From: Candidatus Saccharibacteria bacterium RIFCSPHIGHO2_12_FULL_47_16b
Lineage (GTDB): Bacteria > Patescibacteriota > Saccharimonadia > Saccharimonadales > UBA10212
NCBI GenBank assembly: GCA_001790525.1
Contig: MGCU01000025.1
Coordinates: forward strand, 14,576 to 73,840
DNA length: 59,265 bases
Direction: 5' to 3'
The notes under the pieces were generated by a model. That model saw only the letters and a program-made list of their open reading frames with translations. It did not search any database and was not told the origin of the DNA. Shown here one piece after another: positions 49,361-59,058 of the stretch; within the stretch, counting starts at the first letter, position 1, and each line of letters starts with the position of its first letter. Position numbers and translations under genes: made by a program.

Positions 49361-50824
49361 ATGAATAAATATTATATAACAATATTTCTTATGCTTGTTT
49401 GGCTAATGCCAGCTCGGGTCGCGGCACTTGACCCGCCTGCCTTAGCTGTCCCTGCCGGTTTGAGCCTGGCCGAAATCAAAATGACTGGCTCGGAATTTGT
49501 CATGCTTTATAACAACAGCGGCTCGGCGATCAGTGACTTAAGCAAGTACTGGCTATACGTTTTTAATAATCTTAACCCGCTAGCGCCAAATGTCAGTAGT
49601 TCGACCCAGCAATTACCGGCAGTCAGCCTAGGCAATAACCAAACAGTACTGCTATCAGCTAACGGCGGTGCCACTTGTGGAGCAGCCGTTACTAACAAAC
49701 TCAATCTTAGCCTTAATGATTCGGGCGGTTTTTTGGAAGTCGTCCAAGTTAACCTGGTAGGCGGTATCTTGGTTCAGACAGCCGGCGATGCCGTCAGTTG
49801 GAGCAGTGGTGCTAACAGCGCTGCTGGCATGATAAGCAGTGTGCCAAGCAATAGTTCGGCGCCCAATAATGCTTACTATCGCTATCATGACGGCGCGTCA
49901 TATCACTGGCAAAAAGCCGATCAAGATGTAAGTAATCCTTGCCAGCTTAATGTTGTTATCTCGGGCGTGCCTACGCCTGGACCGGTTAATCCCGGTTCGC
50001 CCCTGCCGCCTGGTACACCACCGCCAGCCTCGTTTATTAACAGCCCGGAGACCGGTTATGGCCTAGGCAGTAACCTTGGCCTGGCGGCGGCACTAATTAA
50101 GGAACTATTGCCAAATCCGGCCGAGCCGCAAACCGACAGCGAAGATGAATTCGTTGAGGTTTATAATCCCAATGACGCGGCTTTTGATCTGAGCGGCTAT
50201 AAATTGCAAACCGGCTTAACTAGTCTACGCAACTATACTTTCCCAAACGGCACGATATTGCCGCCAAAGTCATTCACCACTTTTTATTCGGCCGACACTA
50301 ATTTGACGTTATCCAATTCCGGCAGCCAAGTTCGATTAATAGATCCTTCCGGCAATGTTATCAGTCAGTCGGATAGCTATGGTAAGGCCAGCGAAGGTCA
50401 AAGCTGGGCGTTGGCTGACTCAAAGTGGTACTGGACCAAAACTGTTACACCAAATCAGGCTAATGTTATTAACGAAGCAACTACTGCCGGATCGAGCTCG
50501 AACAAACAGTCGTCGACTAATAAGACGAGTAGCGTCGGCCAAGTCAAAGGCGCCTCAACTTCGACCGGCCAGTCTGCCGCCGGTAGACCAGCTGGTTTGC
50601 ATCCGTTAGTGCTTGCCGCCGTAGGTTCAGCCGCGGTAGCATATGCTATATATGAATACCGTCATGACCTGGCAAACCGTCTCTACCAGTTCCGCCGCTA
50701 CCGAGCGACTCGGCGAGCTATTGGGGCAGAATCTCAAACCGCCCATAGTCATCGAACTATCATCCGATTTGGGCGGTGGCAAGACTACCTTCGTGCGCGG
50801 TTTAGCTCGTGGTTTGGGAAGTAA
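49361..50824 (+). CDS. Secreted/anchored protein with two lamin-tail-domain (LTD)-like modules and a C-terminal TM
   Basis: Signal peptide. LSLAEIKMTGSEFVMLYNNS and ELLPNPAEPQTDSEDEFVEVYNPNDAAFDLSGYKL are LTD signatures. Then a Ser/Thr-rich linker, a TM (LVLAAVGSAAVAYAIY) and an Arg-rich tail overlapping tsaE. Confidence 0.65.
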   Translation: MNKYYITIFLMLVWLMPARVAALDPPALAVPAGLSLAEIKMTGSEFVMLYNNSGSAISDLSKYWLYVFNNLNPLAPNVSSSTQQLPAVSLGNNQTVLLSANGGATCGAAVTNKLNLSLNDSGGFLEVVQVNLVGGILVQTAGDAVSWSSGANSAAGMISSVPSNSSAPNNAYYRYHDGASYHWQKADQDVSNPCQLNVVISGVPTPGPVNPGSPLPPGTPPPASFINSPETGYGLGSNLGLAAALIKELLPNPAEPQTDSEDEFVEVYNPNDAAFDLSGYKLQTGLTSLRNYTFPNGTILPPKSFTTFYSADTNLTLSNSGSQVRLIDPSGNVISQSDSYGKASEGQSWALADSKWYWTKTVTPNQANVINEATTAGSSSNKQSSTNKTSSVGQVKGASTSTGQSAAGRPAGLHPLVLAAVGSAAVAYAIYEYRHDLANRLYQFRRYRATRRAIGAESQTAHSHRTIIRFGRWQDYLRARFSSWFGK

Positions 50825-51158
50825 AGACATTGTTACCAGCCCATCATTTACTTTAAATAATGTTTATAAAGCTAAAGCCGGGACTAAAATCCATCACTTT
50901 GATTTTTACCGCCTGGACGATGCCGATGCTATGAGCGCTCAACTGCTTGAATCGCTCAAAGAACGTCAGGTTGTGACCGTGGTGGAGTGGGGAGGTATTG
51001 TCTTAAATGTTTTACCGGAAAGGAGAATAACCGTCGAATTCAAACCGGTTGCCGCGAAAGAGGATGACCGCCAAATCATCTTTCATTACCCGGAGACCAA
51101 AACCAAGATTAATTTATTTAAGAAATTGAAGACGCAGTGGGCCGCCAATCGGCCATGA
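50643..51158 (+). CDS. tsaE: tRNA t6A biosynthesis ATPase TsaE
   Basis: ...T..LGELLGQNL....VIELSSDLGGGKTTFVRGLARGLG...VTSPSF.L...Y.......HFDFYRL. The start could be 50643, 50652 or 50664. Confidence 0.85.
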   Translation: MLYMNTVMTWQTVSTSSAATERLGELLGQNLKPPIVIELSSDLGGGKTTFVRGLARGLGSKDIVTSPSFTLNNVYKAKAGTKIHHFDFYRLDDADAMSAQLLESLKERQVVTVVEWGGIVLNVLPERRITVEFKPVAAKEDDRQIIFHYPETKTKINLFKKLKTQWAANRP

Positions 51159-51547
51159 CCATCCTGACAATTAGAACCGACAAGCCGGAAGCCGAAATAG
51201 GCCTATTTGAAGATTCCAAAAAAATTGATTACAAAAAATGGCCAGCACATAGACAGCTGACCAAAACAATTCACAAGGAACTACGACAAATACTTAACTT
51301 GTTAAGTATTCAATTGAAGGATATAGATGGTATCGTGGTTTTTAAAGGGCCGGGCAGTTTTACCGGACTGCGAATCGGCCTGACGGTAGCCAATTCCTTG
51401 GCCTACGGCGGAGCTATTCCAATTGTAGCCAGCACTGGCAAGAACTGGACCTCGGATGGTATTAGGAAGTTACAGGTCGGCCAAAACGACAAAATCGCGC
51501 TGCCACATTATGGCCGCCCGGCAAACATCACCAAAACCAAGAAATAG
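51155..51547 (+). CDS. tsaB: TsaB-like protein, N-terminal half only (130 aa)
   Basis: ATGA overlap with the tsaE stop. MTILTIRTDKPEAEIGLF...GPGSFTGLRIGLTVANSLA is the TsaB/YeaZ N-domain. The ORF ends where the second ASKHA subdomain would begin. Confidence 0.7.
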   Translation: MTILTIRTDKPEAEIGLFEDSKKIDYKKWPAHRQLTKTIHKELRQILNLLSIQLKDIDGIVVFKGPGSFTGLRIGLTVANSLAYGGAIPIVASTGKNWTSDGIRKLQVGQNDKIALPHYGRPANITKTKK

Positions 51548-51726
51548 ACCAAAAATCGTTTGACCAGCCAACTTTATCGATTTATTATTATGTTAGGATT
51601 TTCTGTTTGGTTGGATAATCCTTTTAGATTTAATCAATTTTGATCGATTTTAGCTCATAGGACTTAACAGACTAAAGAAGTGATAGTGACTGTCTAAAGT
51701 CCTTAGAGCTCGGAACAGGAGGAAGC

Positions 51727-53241
51727 ATGAATGTACTAACTATTGTACTGGCAATAGCCGGACTTATAGTTGGTGGCGGGGGCGGTGTTTATTATGTTCG
51801 TCGCCAAGGCGGTAGGGCCGAAGAAATTGCCAAGAAGGAACTGGCTAAGGCAAAAAAGGAGGCCGAGGAAACAATTGCCAAAGCCAAAGAAGAAGCCGAC
51901 AGGCGGGTTGACGAGGCTCGCAAAGAAGAAACCAAAAGACGCAACGAACTTAAAGAACTGGAACAGAAATTAATAGATCGTCAGGAATCGCTCGATAAAA
52001 AACTTGACGAACTAGACAAGCGTGGCCAAGGTCTGCGGAAAGCCGAAAATGAGGTAGAAGCTCTCAAAAACGAAATTCGTGAGATTCGGGCTAAGGGGCA
52101 GGAAAAACTGGAAAAAATCGCCAAGCTTTCTAAGGCTGAAGCGGCCGAAAAATTAATGCAAATGACCGAACGCGACGTTAAGGAGGATCTCAAAGGCTTA
52201 GTCGTTAAACTCCAAAACGATGCCAAAGAAAATGCCGAAGAAAAATCGGCCATGATTTTGGCTTCAACCATGGAGCGGATGGCTTCCGAAGTTACGGCCG
52301 AGCGGACGGTTGCAGCTGTCAAGCTGGAAGACGAGGAAATGAAGGGCCGGATCATCGGCAAAGAAGGCCGGAATATTCAGGCCCTGCAGCGAGCGACTGG
52401 CGTCGATATTTTGGTTGATGAGACGCCGGGCATGGTGGTGCTTTCCAGTTTCGATCCGGTGCGGCGGGAGATTGCCCGCCAAGCTATGGAAATGCTGCTT
52501 AAAGACGGCCGGGTTCATCCCGGCCGAATTGAGGAAGTTGTAGAAAAAGCCCAAAAACAGGTTCAAAAAGAAGTTGTCCATGCCGGCGAAGATGCCGCCC
52601 GGGAAGTCGGCCTAGTCGGCGTGCCTAAAGAAATTTTGCAACTTTTAGGCGAGCTGAAATACCGCACCAGCTACGGCCAGAATGTGCTTCGTCACAGCAT
52701 TGAGCTAGCCCACTTGGCTGGCGTTTTGGCCGAAGATCTGGGCGCCGATACCAAAACAGCCAAATACGCTGCCCTAACCCACGACCTTGGTAAAGCTTTA
52801 AGTCATAAAGTTGAAGGCAAGCACCACCACATTAGCGGCGAAATGCTGCGTAAGTATGGTGCGCCCGAAGAAGTGGCTTTGGCTGCCGAGCAGCACCATG
52901 ACGATATGGAAGCCACCACGCTGGAGGCTTTGATTGTTCGGGTCTGCGATGCCATTTCTGGCGCTCGCCCCGGTGCCCGCAATATCAGCGCTGAAGGTTT
53001 TGTCGAGCGCATGAAAGACTTGGAAAATACAGCCACCAGTTTCGAAGGCGTTGACAAAGCCTTTGCCATCAGCGCCGGCCGCGAAATTCGGGTCATTGTT
53101 CAGCCAAAAGCGATCGACGATCTGCATGCCATTAGATTAGCTCGTGATATTGCCAACAAAATTGAGTCTACTTTGCAGTATCCGGGAACCATCAAAGTTA
53201 ACGTCATTCGCGAAACCCGAGCCATCGAATACGCCAAGTAG
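51727..53241 (+). CDS. rny: Ribonuclease Y
   Basis: N-terminal TM, long Lys/Glu coiled coil, KH domain (GRIIGKEGRNIQALQRATGVDI), HD domain (LRHSIELAHLAG...THDLGKA). Confidence 0.95.
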   Translation: MNVLTIVLAIAGLIVGGGGGVYYVRRQGGRAEEIAKKELAKAKKEAEETIAKAKEEADRRVDEARKEETKRRNELKELEQKLIDRQESLDKKLDELDKRGQGLRKAENEVEALKNEIREIRAKGQEKLEKIAKLSKAEAAEKLMQMTERDVKEDLKGLVVKLQNDAKENAEEKSAMILASTMERMASEVTAERTVAAVKLEDEEMKGRIIGKEGRNIQALQRATGVDILVDETPGMVVLSSFDPVRREIARQAMEMLLKDGRVHPGRIEEVVEKAQKQVQKEVVHAGEDAAREVGLVGVPKEILQLLGELKYRTSYGQNVLRHSIELAHLAGVLAEDLGADTKTAKYAALTHDLGKALSHKVEGKHHHISGEMLRKYGAPEEVALAAEQHHDDMEATTLEALIVRVCDAISGARPGARNISAEGFVERMKDLENTATSFEGVDKAFAISAGREIRVIVQPKAIDDLHAIRLARDIANKIESTLQYPGTIKVNVIRETRAIEYAK

Positions 53242-53467
53242 CGCTCGCCACCGAAAAATCTTCGGGACGGTTCGCTAAAGCGATGGTCGAGTCTTCGCTT
53301 GCCAAAAGGGAATCTGCGCGCAGAGCAGAGCTTGTGCTCGATTCACCTTTTGTTTCACTAGCCTCTCCCTCGGTTAGCTCAAGTCCCTCAGATTTTGATG
53401 GCTCCTTTAGTAATAGTAATAGCTATTGCGCTTCATCCAAGTTCAGGCTACTTGTATTATTAGAAAG

Positions 53468-54004
53468 ATGAAAACAATTTACTTTGTCCGGCACGGTGAA
53501 AGTGAAGCCAACGCCACCGGATTAGCCGCCGGTAAGGAGCTGAACTCGCCCTTGACCGCGGGTGGACGAGAACAAGCCAAACAAGCCGGGCACGATTTAA
53601 AAAACAAAAATGTTGAACTAATCGTCAGTTCATCTTTAATTCGAGCCCACGAAACTGCCAAAATAATTGCTCAGATCGTCGGCTATGACTTGTCTGAAAT
53701 CGTCATTAGGGATGATTTTATTGAACGGGCTTATGGTATTCATTCAAATAAATCCAATGATGAGTACCTTGAAGCTGCTAGGGCTAACACTTTGCATAAA
53801 AGTGCCGAGACCGCTGAATCAATGTACGATCGTACTGTTAAAGGGCTTGATTGGCTTAAAAAAAGGCCGGAGACCAAAATAGTGTTAGTTAGTCACGGGG
53901 GTATCAGCCGTGTCTTAAGAGTTATGCACCAAAATCTACCGCTGAATCATATGTATATTCTAGATAGAATGTCCAATGCCACAGTTTATGAGTTCGAATT
54001 ATGA
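53468..54004 (+). CDS. Histidine phosphatase (phosphoglycerate mutase-like) family protein
   Basis: MKTIYFVRHGESEAN (RHG motif) ... SSSLIRAHETA ... LVSHGG. Confidence 0.8.
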   Translation: MKTIYFVRHGESEANATGLAAGKELNSPLTAGGREQAKQAGHDLKNKNVELIVSSSLIRAHETAKIIAQIVGYDLSEIVIRDDFIERAYGIHSNKSNDEYLEAARANTLHKSAETAESMYDRTVKGLDWLKKRPETKIVLVSHGGISRVLRVMHQNLPLNHMYILDRMSNATVYEFEL

Positions 54005-54555
54005 AAGCACTTATTCTTCACGGCACCGGTTCTTCTAGCCAGAACGGCTGGTTCCCGTACGTTAAACTCGAACTTGAGAAACTTGGCTATGAAGTTTATG
54101 TCCCTGACCTGCCGGGCGCCGACGCGCCAAACATCGAGCGCTACAATAAGTTTCTGCTTGGCAGTAACTGGGACTTTGGTGACAATTTGATAGTTGGTCA
54201 CTCGTCAGGCTCGGTGGCTATTTTAGGGCTACTTCAGACTTTGCCCAAAAACGTCAAAGTCAGCACGGCTATTTTAGTTGGTACTTTTCGCGGTAATCTC
54301 GGCAGGGAAGATTTGCTAGGAGTAGATGTTAAATTCGATTTTGAGAAGATTAAAAATAAAGCCGAAAAATTTATCGTTGTTCATTCCGATAATGACCCTT
54401 ATTGTCCGCTTGATGGAGCGAAATGGATAGCAGAACAACTCCAAGCCGAGTTCATTTTACTGCCGGGTCAACAACACTTTTCTTCCCACATCGACCCTAA
54501 ATATAAGCGCTTTCCAAAGCTAATCGAAATCATCAAACAAAAGGTATTAGCTTAG
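54001..54555 (+). CDS. Alpha/beta serine hydrolase, YdeN/RBBP9 family
   Basis: ILHGTGSSSQNGWFP...L...GYEVYVPDLP...LIVGHSSG (nucleophile elbow GHSSG) ... HSDNDPYCP. Confidence 0.7.
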   Translation: MKALILHGTGSSSQNGWFPYVKLELEKLGYEVYVPDLPGADAPNIERYNKFLLGSNWDFGDNLIVGHSSGSVAILGLLQTLPKNVKVSTAILVGTFRGNLGREDLLGVDVKFDFEKIKNKAEKFIVVHSDNDPYCPLDGAKWIAEQLQAEFILLPGQQHFSSHIDPKYKRFPKLIEIIKQKVLA

Positions 54556-54571
54556 GTATAATTAATCTGCC

Positions 54572-54648
54572 CGGGGAGTAGCGCAGTCTGGTAGCGCACC
54601 GCGTTTGGGACGCGGGGGTCGCAGGTTCAAATCCTGTCTCCCCGACCA
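54572..54648 (+). tRNA. tRNA-Pro (UGG), CCA encoded
   Basis: CGGGGAG ta GCGC agtctggta GCGC a CCGCG ttTGGga CGCGG gggtc GCAGG ttcaaat CCTGT CTCCCCG a CCA. Confidence 0.88.
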
Positions 54649-54697
54649 CCCTGCTAAGGTATTGATTTTTATCCAAAAAGATGATAAAATCATCTTT

Positions 54698-55834
54698 ATG
54701 TCAAATAGCAATGGATGGGAAAGTCCAGCCTTATTAAATTGCGATCGGCAAATCCTCAAAGAAATCCCGTACCCTCAATGTCTTGATTACGAGATGGTGC
54801 GACGCTGGTCTGAAAACATACCCGTCTTCTCTGATGACCCAGAATTGCCAGAATGGCGGCCCACGCCAGTTATAGAACTCGATCTTTCGACTGAAGGCCT
54901 TGGCCGGGTATTTGTAAAGAATGAGGCTGATAGAATGAGTAACCCAACAGGCACTATTAAGGACCGGGCTGCTTGGGAAATCGCCACCGTCTATCGAGAT
55001 TTTGCGATCAGCCTGATGACTAAAATCCGCGCCGGTTTACTGACTAAAAAAGAGCTGGAAACCATTCCAGTACCTCGGTTCTCGGTCATTACTGCCGGTA
55101 ACGAAGGTCGAGCTTTGGCTAATTGCTTCGAAGTTTATGATTTACCGCCGCCAAAATTACTGATCGGTAATAAAACTAATACCCGGGTATTAGAAAAGCT
55201 TTTAGAATTGCGGGCCGATATTTATTCAGCCGATTTATCACAGCCGCTAGACCCAGAAACAATAAGATTATCAACTAATAATCCCGGCGGCATCGATATA
55301 ACTTCTATTAAGCCGATTGAACCATGGTCAGTTTTTTATGATTGGCATGTTCACGAAGCGTTTAATTTAAGCCCCAACCGAATTTATTTACCATATGGTT
55401 CAGGTAGACTGATGGAAAATTACCTGACATGGCAGGTCAGGTCGGTCCGTAACGAAGTTGAAGGCCGGCGCGACCCTCGACTTAAGGTGCCAATTGCTGA
55501 TGTGGTGACGATTGATATTTTTGGCGCTGAACCTGCAGAAGCCAGCACTATTGCCGATAAGTTATTTGCACCATGCCGGCCTTTCGCTCTCTATACCAAT
55601 GAGGACACATCAACAACGACGCGTTTAGCCTTAGGTGGCGATAGCTCTTCAATCGTTAAAGTTCCAGAACCGGACATAGTCAGTGCCTACGGCCTATTAA
55701 ACGCCTACGGTATACCGGCTGAACCATCAGGCGCAGCCGGGCTAGCACTTTACATTAATCATTTTCAACGTGGCTTGGTCCGACCGGAAGAAAAAGTCCT
55801 CGTAGTTAACACCGGTTTTGGGCTCCAGGCTTAA
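54698..55834 (+). CDS. PLP-dependent enzyme of the tryptophan-synthase-beta superfamily (threonine-synthase-like)
   Basis: The start at the ATG downstream of the tRNA is preferred, since the track start overlaps the t[23 protein letters not shown] has the PLP-lysine motif. ...YLPYGSGRL... Confidence 0.6.
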   Translation: MSNSNGWESPALLNCDRQILKEIPYPQCLDYEMVRRWSENIPVFSDDPELPEWRPTPVIELDLSTEGLGRVFVKNEADRMSNPTGTIKDRAAWEIATVYRDFAISLMTKIRAGLLTKKELETIPVPRFSVITAGNEGRALANCFEVYDLPPPKLLIGNKTNTRVLEKLLELRADIYSADLSQPLDPETIRLSTNNPGGIDITSIKPIEPWSVFYDWHVHEAFNLSPNRIYLPYGSGRLMENYLTWQVRSVRNEVEGRRDPRLKVPIADVVTIDIFGAEPAEASTIADKLFAPCRPFALYTNEDTSTTTRLALGGDSSSIVKVPEPDIVSAYGLLNAYGIPAEPSGAAGLALYINHFQRGLVRPEEKVLVVNTGFGLQA

Positions 55835-55908
55835 ATAACTATTTTTTGTTGGCTAATTCATAGCACCATTCAAAGTTGATCCTTAGAAACTAATGTTAGT
55901 ATGGGCTT

Positions 55909-56523
55909 ATGCTAAAAACAAAAATTAGGTTTGAGATACCGGCCGAGAAGTGGATTCTTTGGCGTTACGGCCATGGTCGTCTGGCTGATGCCTGGATTAT
56001 AGCTCATGTCGCTACCGGAATTGCCGGCGGCTGGCTTGGCGTAATGAGTGGCTGGCGGTCGGCCGTATTTTTATCATTAGCTATTCTTGTTTATTTTGTG
56101 TACGAACTTTGGGAAGCCTATATTGGCATTGTTGAGGATGTTGAAAATGCCTTAGCCGATGTGGCGGCCGGCGCTCTGGGCACGGTTTTAGTTTTGTGGT
56201 TGGATAAAGTCTTTAATTTCGATTTCGCAAGTGCTGTCGTTTTATTTGTAATATCAACGGTGGCGGCTTTGGCGCTTTTGTTTATCGGCTACCGCGTCTA
56301 TTTAGGTCGAGTGGTTAGGAAAGAAGTTGTCCGGATTTATCCCGATTGGCAGACGCCAAGCGGCCAGACCAAAATTATCAAAGATCAAATTTTATTTTTT
56401 GGCTTGTCTTTGAGCGGTACTTTTGTGCCAATTATTGTTATTGGCTTCGGCACTGCAGCCGGCTGGCTTTGGGCGATTTTGAGCACTGGCTTCATTTTCT
56501 TAGTAAGAGCCCAAGTCAAGTGA
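55909..56523 (+). CDS. Hypothetical integral membrane protein
   Basis: 204 aa with about five hydrophobic spans. Confidence 0.5.
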   Translation: MLKTKIRFEIPAEKWILWRYGHGRLADAWIIAHVATGIAGGWLGVMSGWRSAVFLSLAILVYFVYELWEAYIGIVEDVENALADVAAGALGTVLVLWLDKVFNFDFASAVVLFVISTVAALALLFIGYRVYLGRVVRKEVVRIYPDWQTPSGQTKIIKDQILFFGLSLSGTFVPIIVIGFGTAAGWLWAILSTGFIFLVRAQVK

Positions 56524-56578
56524 AGCGCTCCACGGACTCAAGTCCGTTACTTCAGCTTGGCGGATTTCGGAGCGCGGA

Positions 56579-56647
56579 ACCCCGCACCGAAAGCCAGAAT
56601 TAGCACTGATACCTGAACTAAAGTTCGAGGCTTTCTGGTGCGTGGGT
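56579..56647 (-). ncRNA. Long-hairpin element H3 (same family as H2)
   Basis: Minus strand: TT-ACCC-A-CGCACC-A-GAAAGCC [33 nt] GGCTTTC-GGTGCG-GGGT-TCCGC. Lies 28 nt downstream of the stop of 56675..57511 and is followed by a second hairpin GCGCTCC...GGAGCGC. Confidence 0.55.
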
Positions 56648-56674
56648 AAGCTCACCACTCGCTAAGCTGTAAGA

Positions 56675-57511
56675 TTATTTATTTTGTTGTTTGGCGCGGT
56701 GGTAGAGAGTAGTAGTAAAGACAGTGCTAATAACTCGTAATACAACGTAGCTGGAAACGCCAAGCAGTATTGTAACTATCCAGCCAACGGCCTGGGCGGT
56801 TGGGCCATCAAACCAGTAATTCTCAACCAGTTTTGGTAAAAAACTTAATGAACCCAAAAAAAGTATGCCGGCAAGTGTGCCCAGTCGGATCACGATACTT
56901 TCCTTCCAAAAATGGCCAAGAGTGTCGAGCGAGTGCTTAACGGTGCTGATGACACCACTATGCCCCTCAATAATAGCCGGTGCAATTTGGGCCATACTCA
57001 ATGAAAAAGAACTGGCAATGGCTTCGAGCCCACCGTGAATAGTTTTAAACCGATGGCGCTGAGCAATTAAGCCTAACGGAAAAAAGAAAATAGCCAAAAC
57101 GGCGAATTTAGCGACTCTGAAAAAATGGCGAACCACGAAGCTCACTCCATAAAAGAGTGGTACTGATCTGCCTTCCAGCCTAGCCAGCGTGCTGGCCGAA
57201 ACAGCACAAATAAAAAGTGATGTAATAAATAATGTATAGAAGACAGAGAAAGTAACCAAACCAAGTCGAGGCAGAAAAGTACTTGGAGCTGCCTGAACAA
57301 CCTGGCCGATAATTTGCGGCTGTCCGACATTACGCCACAGCGAGAGCACAAGAGCACTTACCAGCGGTGAAGTTAGCAATATGAAAATTACCGCCAGGTA
57401 AGGGTAAAGAATTATGTGCGGGTCTTTGACGAGTGTTTTAGTTGATTGCTTGACAATCGAGCCGGCACCATGAATTGGCTCCACAAGCTGTCCGAATATG
57501 TTTAATGACAT
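56675..57511 (-). CDS. Hypothetical integral membrane protein
   Basis: 278 aa with about six hydrophobic spans. Confidence 0.5.
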   Translation of the reverse strand: MSLNIFGQLVEPIHGAGSIVKQSTKTLVKDPHIILYPYLAVIFILLTSPLVSALVLSLWRNVGQPQIIGQVVQAAPSTFLPRLGLVTFSVFYTLFITSLFICAVSASTLARLEGRSVPLFYGVSFVVRHFFRVAKFAVLAIFFFPLGLIAQRHRFKTIHGGLEAIASSFSLSMAQIAPAIIEGHSGVISTVKHSLDTLGHFWKESIVIRLGTLAGILFLGSLSFLPKLVENYWFDGPTAQAVGWIVTILLGVSSYVVLRVISTVFTTTLYHRAKQQNK

Positions 57512-57546
57512 GTCCGTTTATCGTAAATTAATCGAACCTTGATAAA

Positions 57547-57623
57547 TGGTCGGGGATGGCGGATTTGAACCGCCGACCTCACCGTCCCGAACGGTGCGCG
57601 CTACCGGGCTGCGCCAATCCCCG
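57547..57623 (-). tRNA. tRNA-Pro (CGG), CCA encoded
   Basis: CGGGGAT tg GCGC agcccggta GCGC g CACCG ttCGGga CGGTG aggtc GGCGG ttcaaat CCGCC ATCCCCG a CCA. Confidence 0.88.
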
Positions 57624-57663
57624 CTTTCATCTGATTTTAACAGAGTAGGATACAATATCGGTA

Positions 57664-58311
57664 ATGCTTGCGTTTGCATTAGTCGTACTTGGAATTTTAG
57701 CAATAGTCGTAGTTGATGAAATTTTATGGCGGGCAAAAATTTTAAAAGGCGAATACAATCGCAAGTTTGTCCATATATCGGTCGGCACGTTTGCGGCCTT
57801 TTGGCCATGGTTACTAAGCTGGCGGCAGATTCAAGTTCTATGTTTGATTTTACTAGCTGGCAGGGTGATAAATCAGATACATACTTTTGTCCACGATAAG
57901 GCTGGTATCATGCGTCGGACATACGGCGAATATTTCTTCCCAATCGGCATTGGCTTATGCGCTTTACTGACCACTAACAAATTATTTTTTGCGCTGGCGG
58001 TCTTAAATATGGCCATTGCTGACGGCCTGGCGGCAGTTATTGGCGAACGTTATGGTAGTCACTTTCGCTACCAAGTTTTTGGCTACACTAAGACGATCAT
58101 TGGCACCATGACCTTTTGGCTATCAGCCCTAAGTATCTTAGGCATAGGACTGTTATTTGTGAGCGATAGTATCAGATTTACGGATTATGGGATTATCTTA
58201 CTGTTTCTGCCACCGATCCTAACAGCCTTGGACAATTTTAGCCTGTTCGGTCTTGATGACATGACGGTGCCAGTTGTGGCGCTGGCAGTTTTGCAATTAG
58301 TTTCCGCCTAG
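57664..58311 (+). CDS. CTP-dependent polyprenol/phytol/dolichol-kinase-like (CdsA superfamily) membrane protein
   Basis: Polytopic. ...YNRKFVHISVGTFAAFWPW... and ...NMAIADGLAAVIGERYG... resemble the cytidylyltransferase-family kinase motifs. Confidence 0.5.
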   Translation: MLAFALVVLGILAIVVVDEILWRAKILKGEYNRKFVHISVGTFAAFWPWLLSWRQIQVLCLILLAGRVINQIHTFVHDKAGIMRRTYGEYFFPIGIGLCALLTTNKLFFALAVLNMAIADGLAAVIGERYGSHFRYQVFGYTKTIIGTMTFWLSALSILGIGLLFVSDSIRFTDYGIILLFLPPILTALDNFSLFGLDDMTVPVVALAVLQLVSA

Positions 58312-58464
58312 GATGTCCACAAAAATAACATATGCCTGCCCCGCACCAAATCCTGAATGGAGAAAAGAATGAATAATTCTATTTCGAAATATCAAGATAT
58401 TGGTGCTGGGGTTAAAAATATGGATACCAAATTTAAGATACAAACCGCTTATTCTATTTAGACC

Positions 58465-58502
58465 GTGTCCACAATTACGACATATGTTGAATTTATGGAC
58501 AC
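58465..58502. repeat. 38-bp palindrome family copy P4 (diverged)
   Basis: GTGTCCACAATTACGACAT|ATGTTGAATTTATGGACAC, between convergent genes. Confidence 0.7.
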
Positions 58503-58529
58503 GCAAGATACATACAGAAATTATGGAGT

Positions 58530-59057
58530 TTAGGCGGCGCCGATCAATATGCCAGCTAGAAAGACTAAACCGCCTCCCACAATCACTTGTAAAACCGACA
58601 ACCAAAAGCGCATTTGGAAGTAGCGATAGCGGATGTAGGCAATGGTGATTAGTTCAATGCCGACAACCAAATAAGCAATGATTAGTGCCACATCAAGATC
58701 TGACATCAAAAACGGCACTGTGTGGAAGATGCCACCCAGAAAAGTCATCAGGCCGATGATGACGCCCCGCCGGAAAGGATGGCCACGACCGGTCAGCCGG
58801 CCATCATCACTTAAACCTTCGGCAAAGGCCATACTAATGGCCGCGCCGATGGCCGCTGACAGGCCGACCAAAAAGGCTATATGTGGATTGCGGGTGGCAA
58901 AGGCGGCCGCAAAAATCGGTGCCAGCGTCGAGACCGAGCCGTCCATCAATCCCGCCAAGGCCGGCTGGACAGTCTGCAATATAAAGCGATTTTGATCTTG
59001 CGATGTTTGCACCTCTCTATTTAGTGGCCACCTGAAAGGGTTAACGCTTCTAGCCAT
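58530..59057 (-). CDS. VIT1/CCC1-family iron/manganese transporter (short form)
   Basis: ...GLMDGSVSTLAPIFAAAFAT...SAAIGAAISMAFAEGLSDDG... and C-terminal TM segments. Confidence 0.7.
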   Translation of the reverse strand: MARSVNPFRWPLNREVQTSQDQNRFILQTVQPALAGLMDGSVSTLAPIFAAAFATRNPHIAFLVGLSAAIGAAISMAFAEGLSDDGRLTGRGHPFRRGVIIGLMTFLGGIFHTVPFLMSDLDVALIIAYLVVGIELITIAYIRYRYFQMRFWLSVLQVIVGGGLVFLAGILIGAA

Positions 59058-59058
59058 A

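Noticed and set aside
53242-53467. 226-nt spacer after rny containing a 62-codon Ser-rich ORF (53283-53471).
   Set aside because: The ORF has low-complexity composition and no SD. I saw only weak 5-6-bp complementarities and no repeat-family member. It remains unexplained but there is nothing concrete to report.
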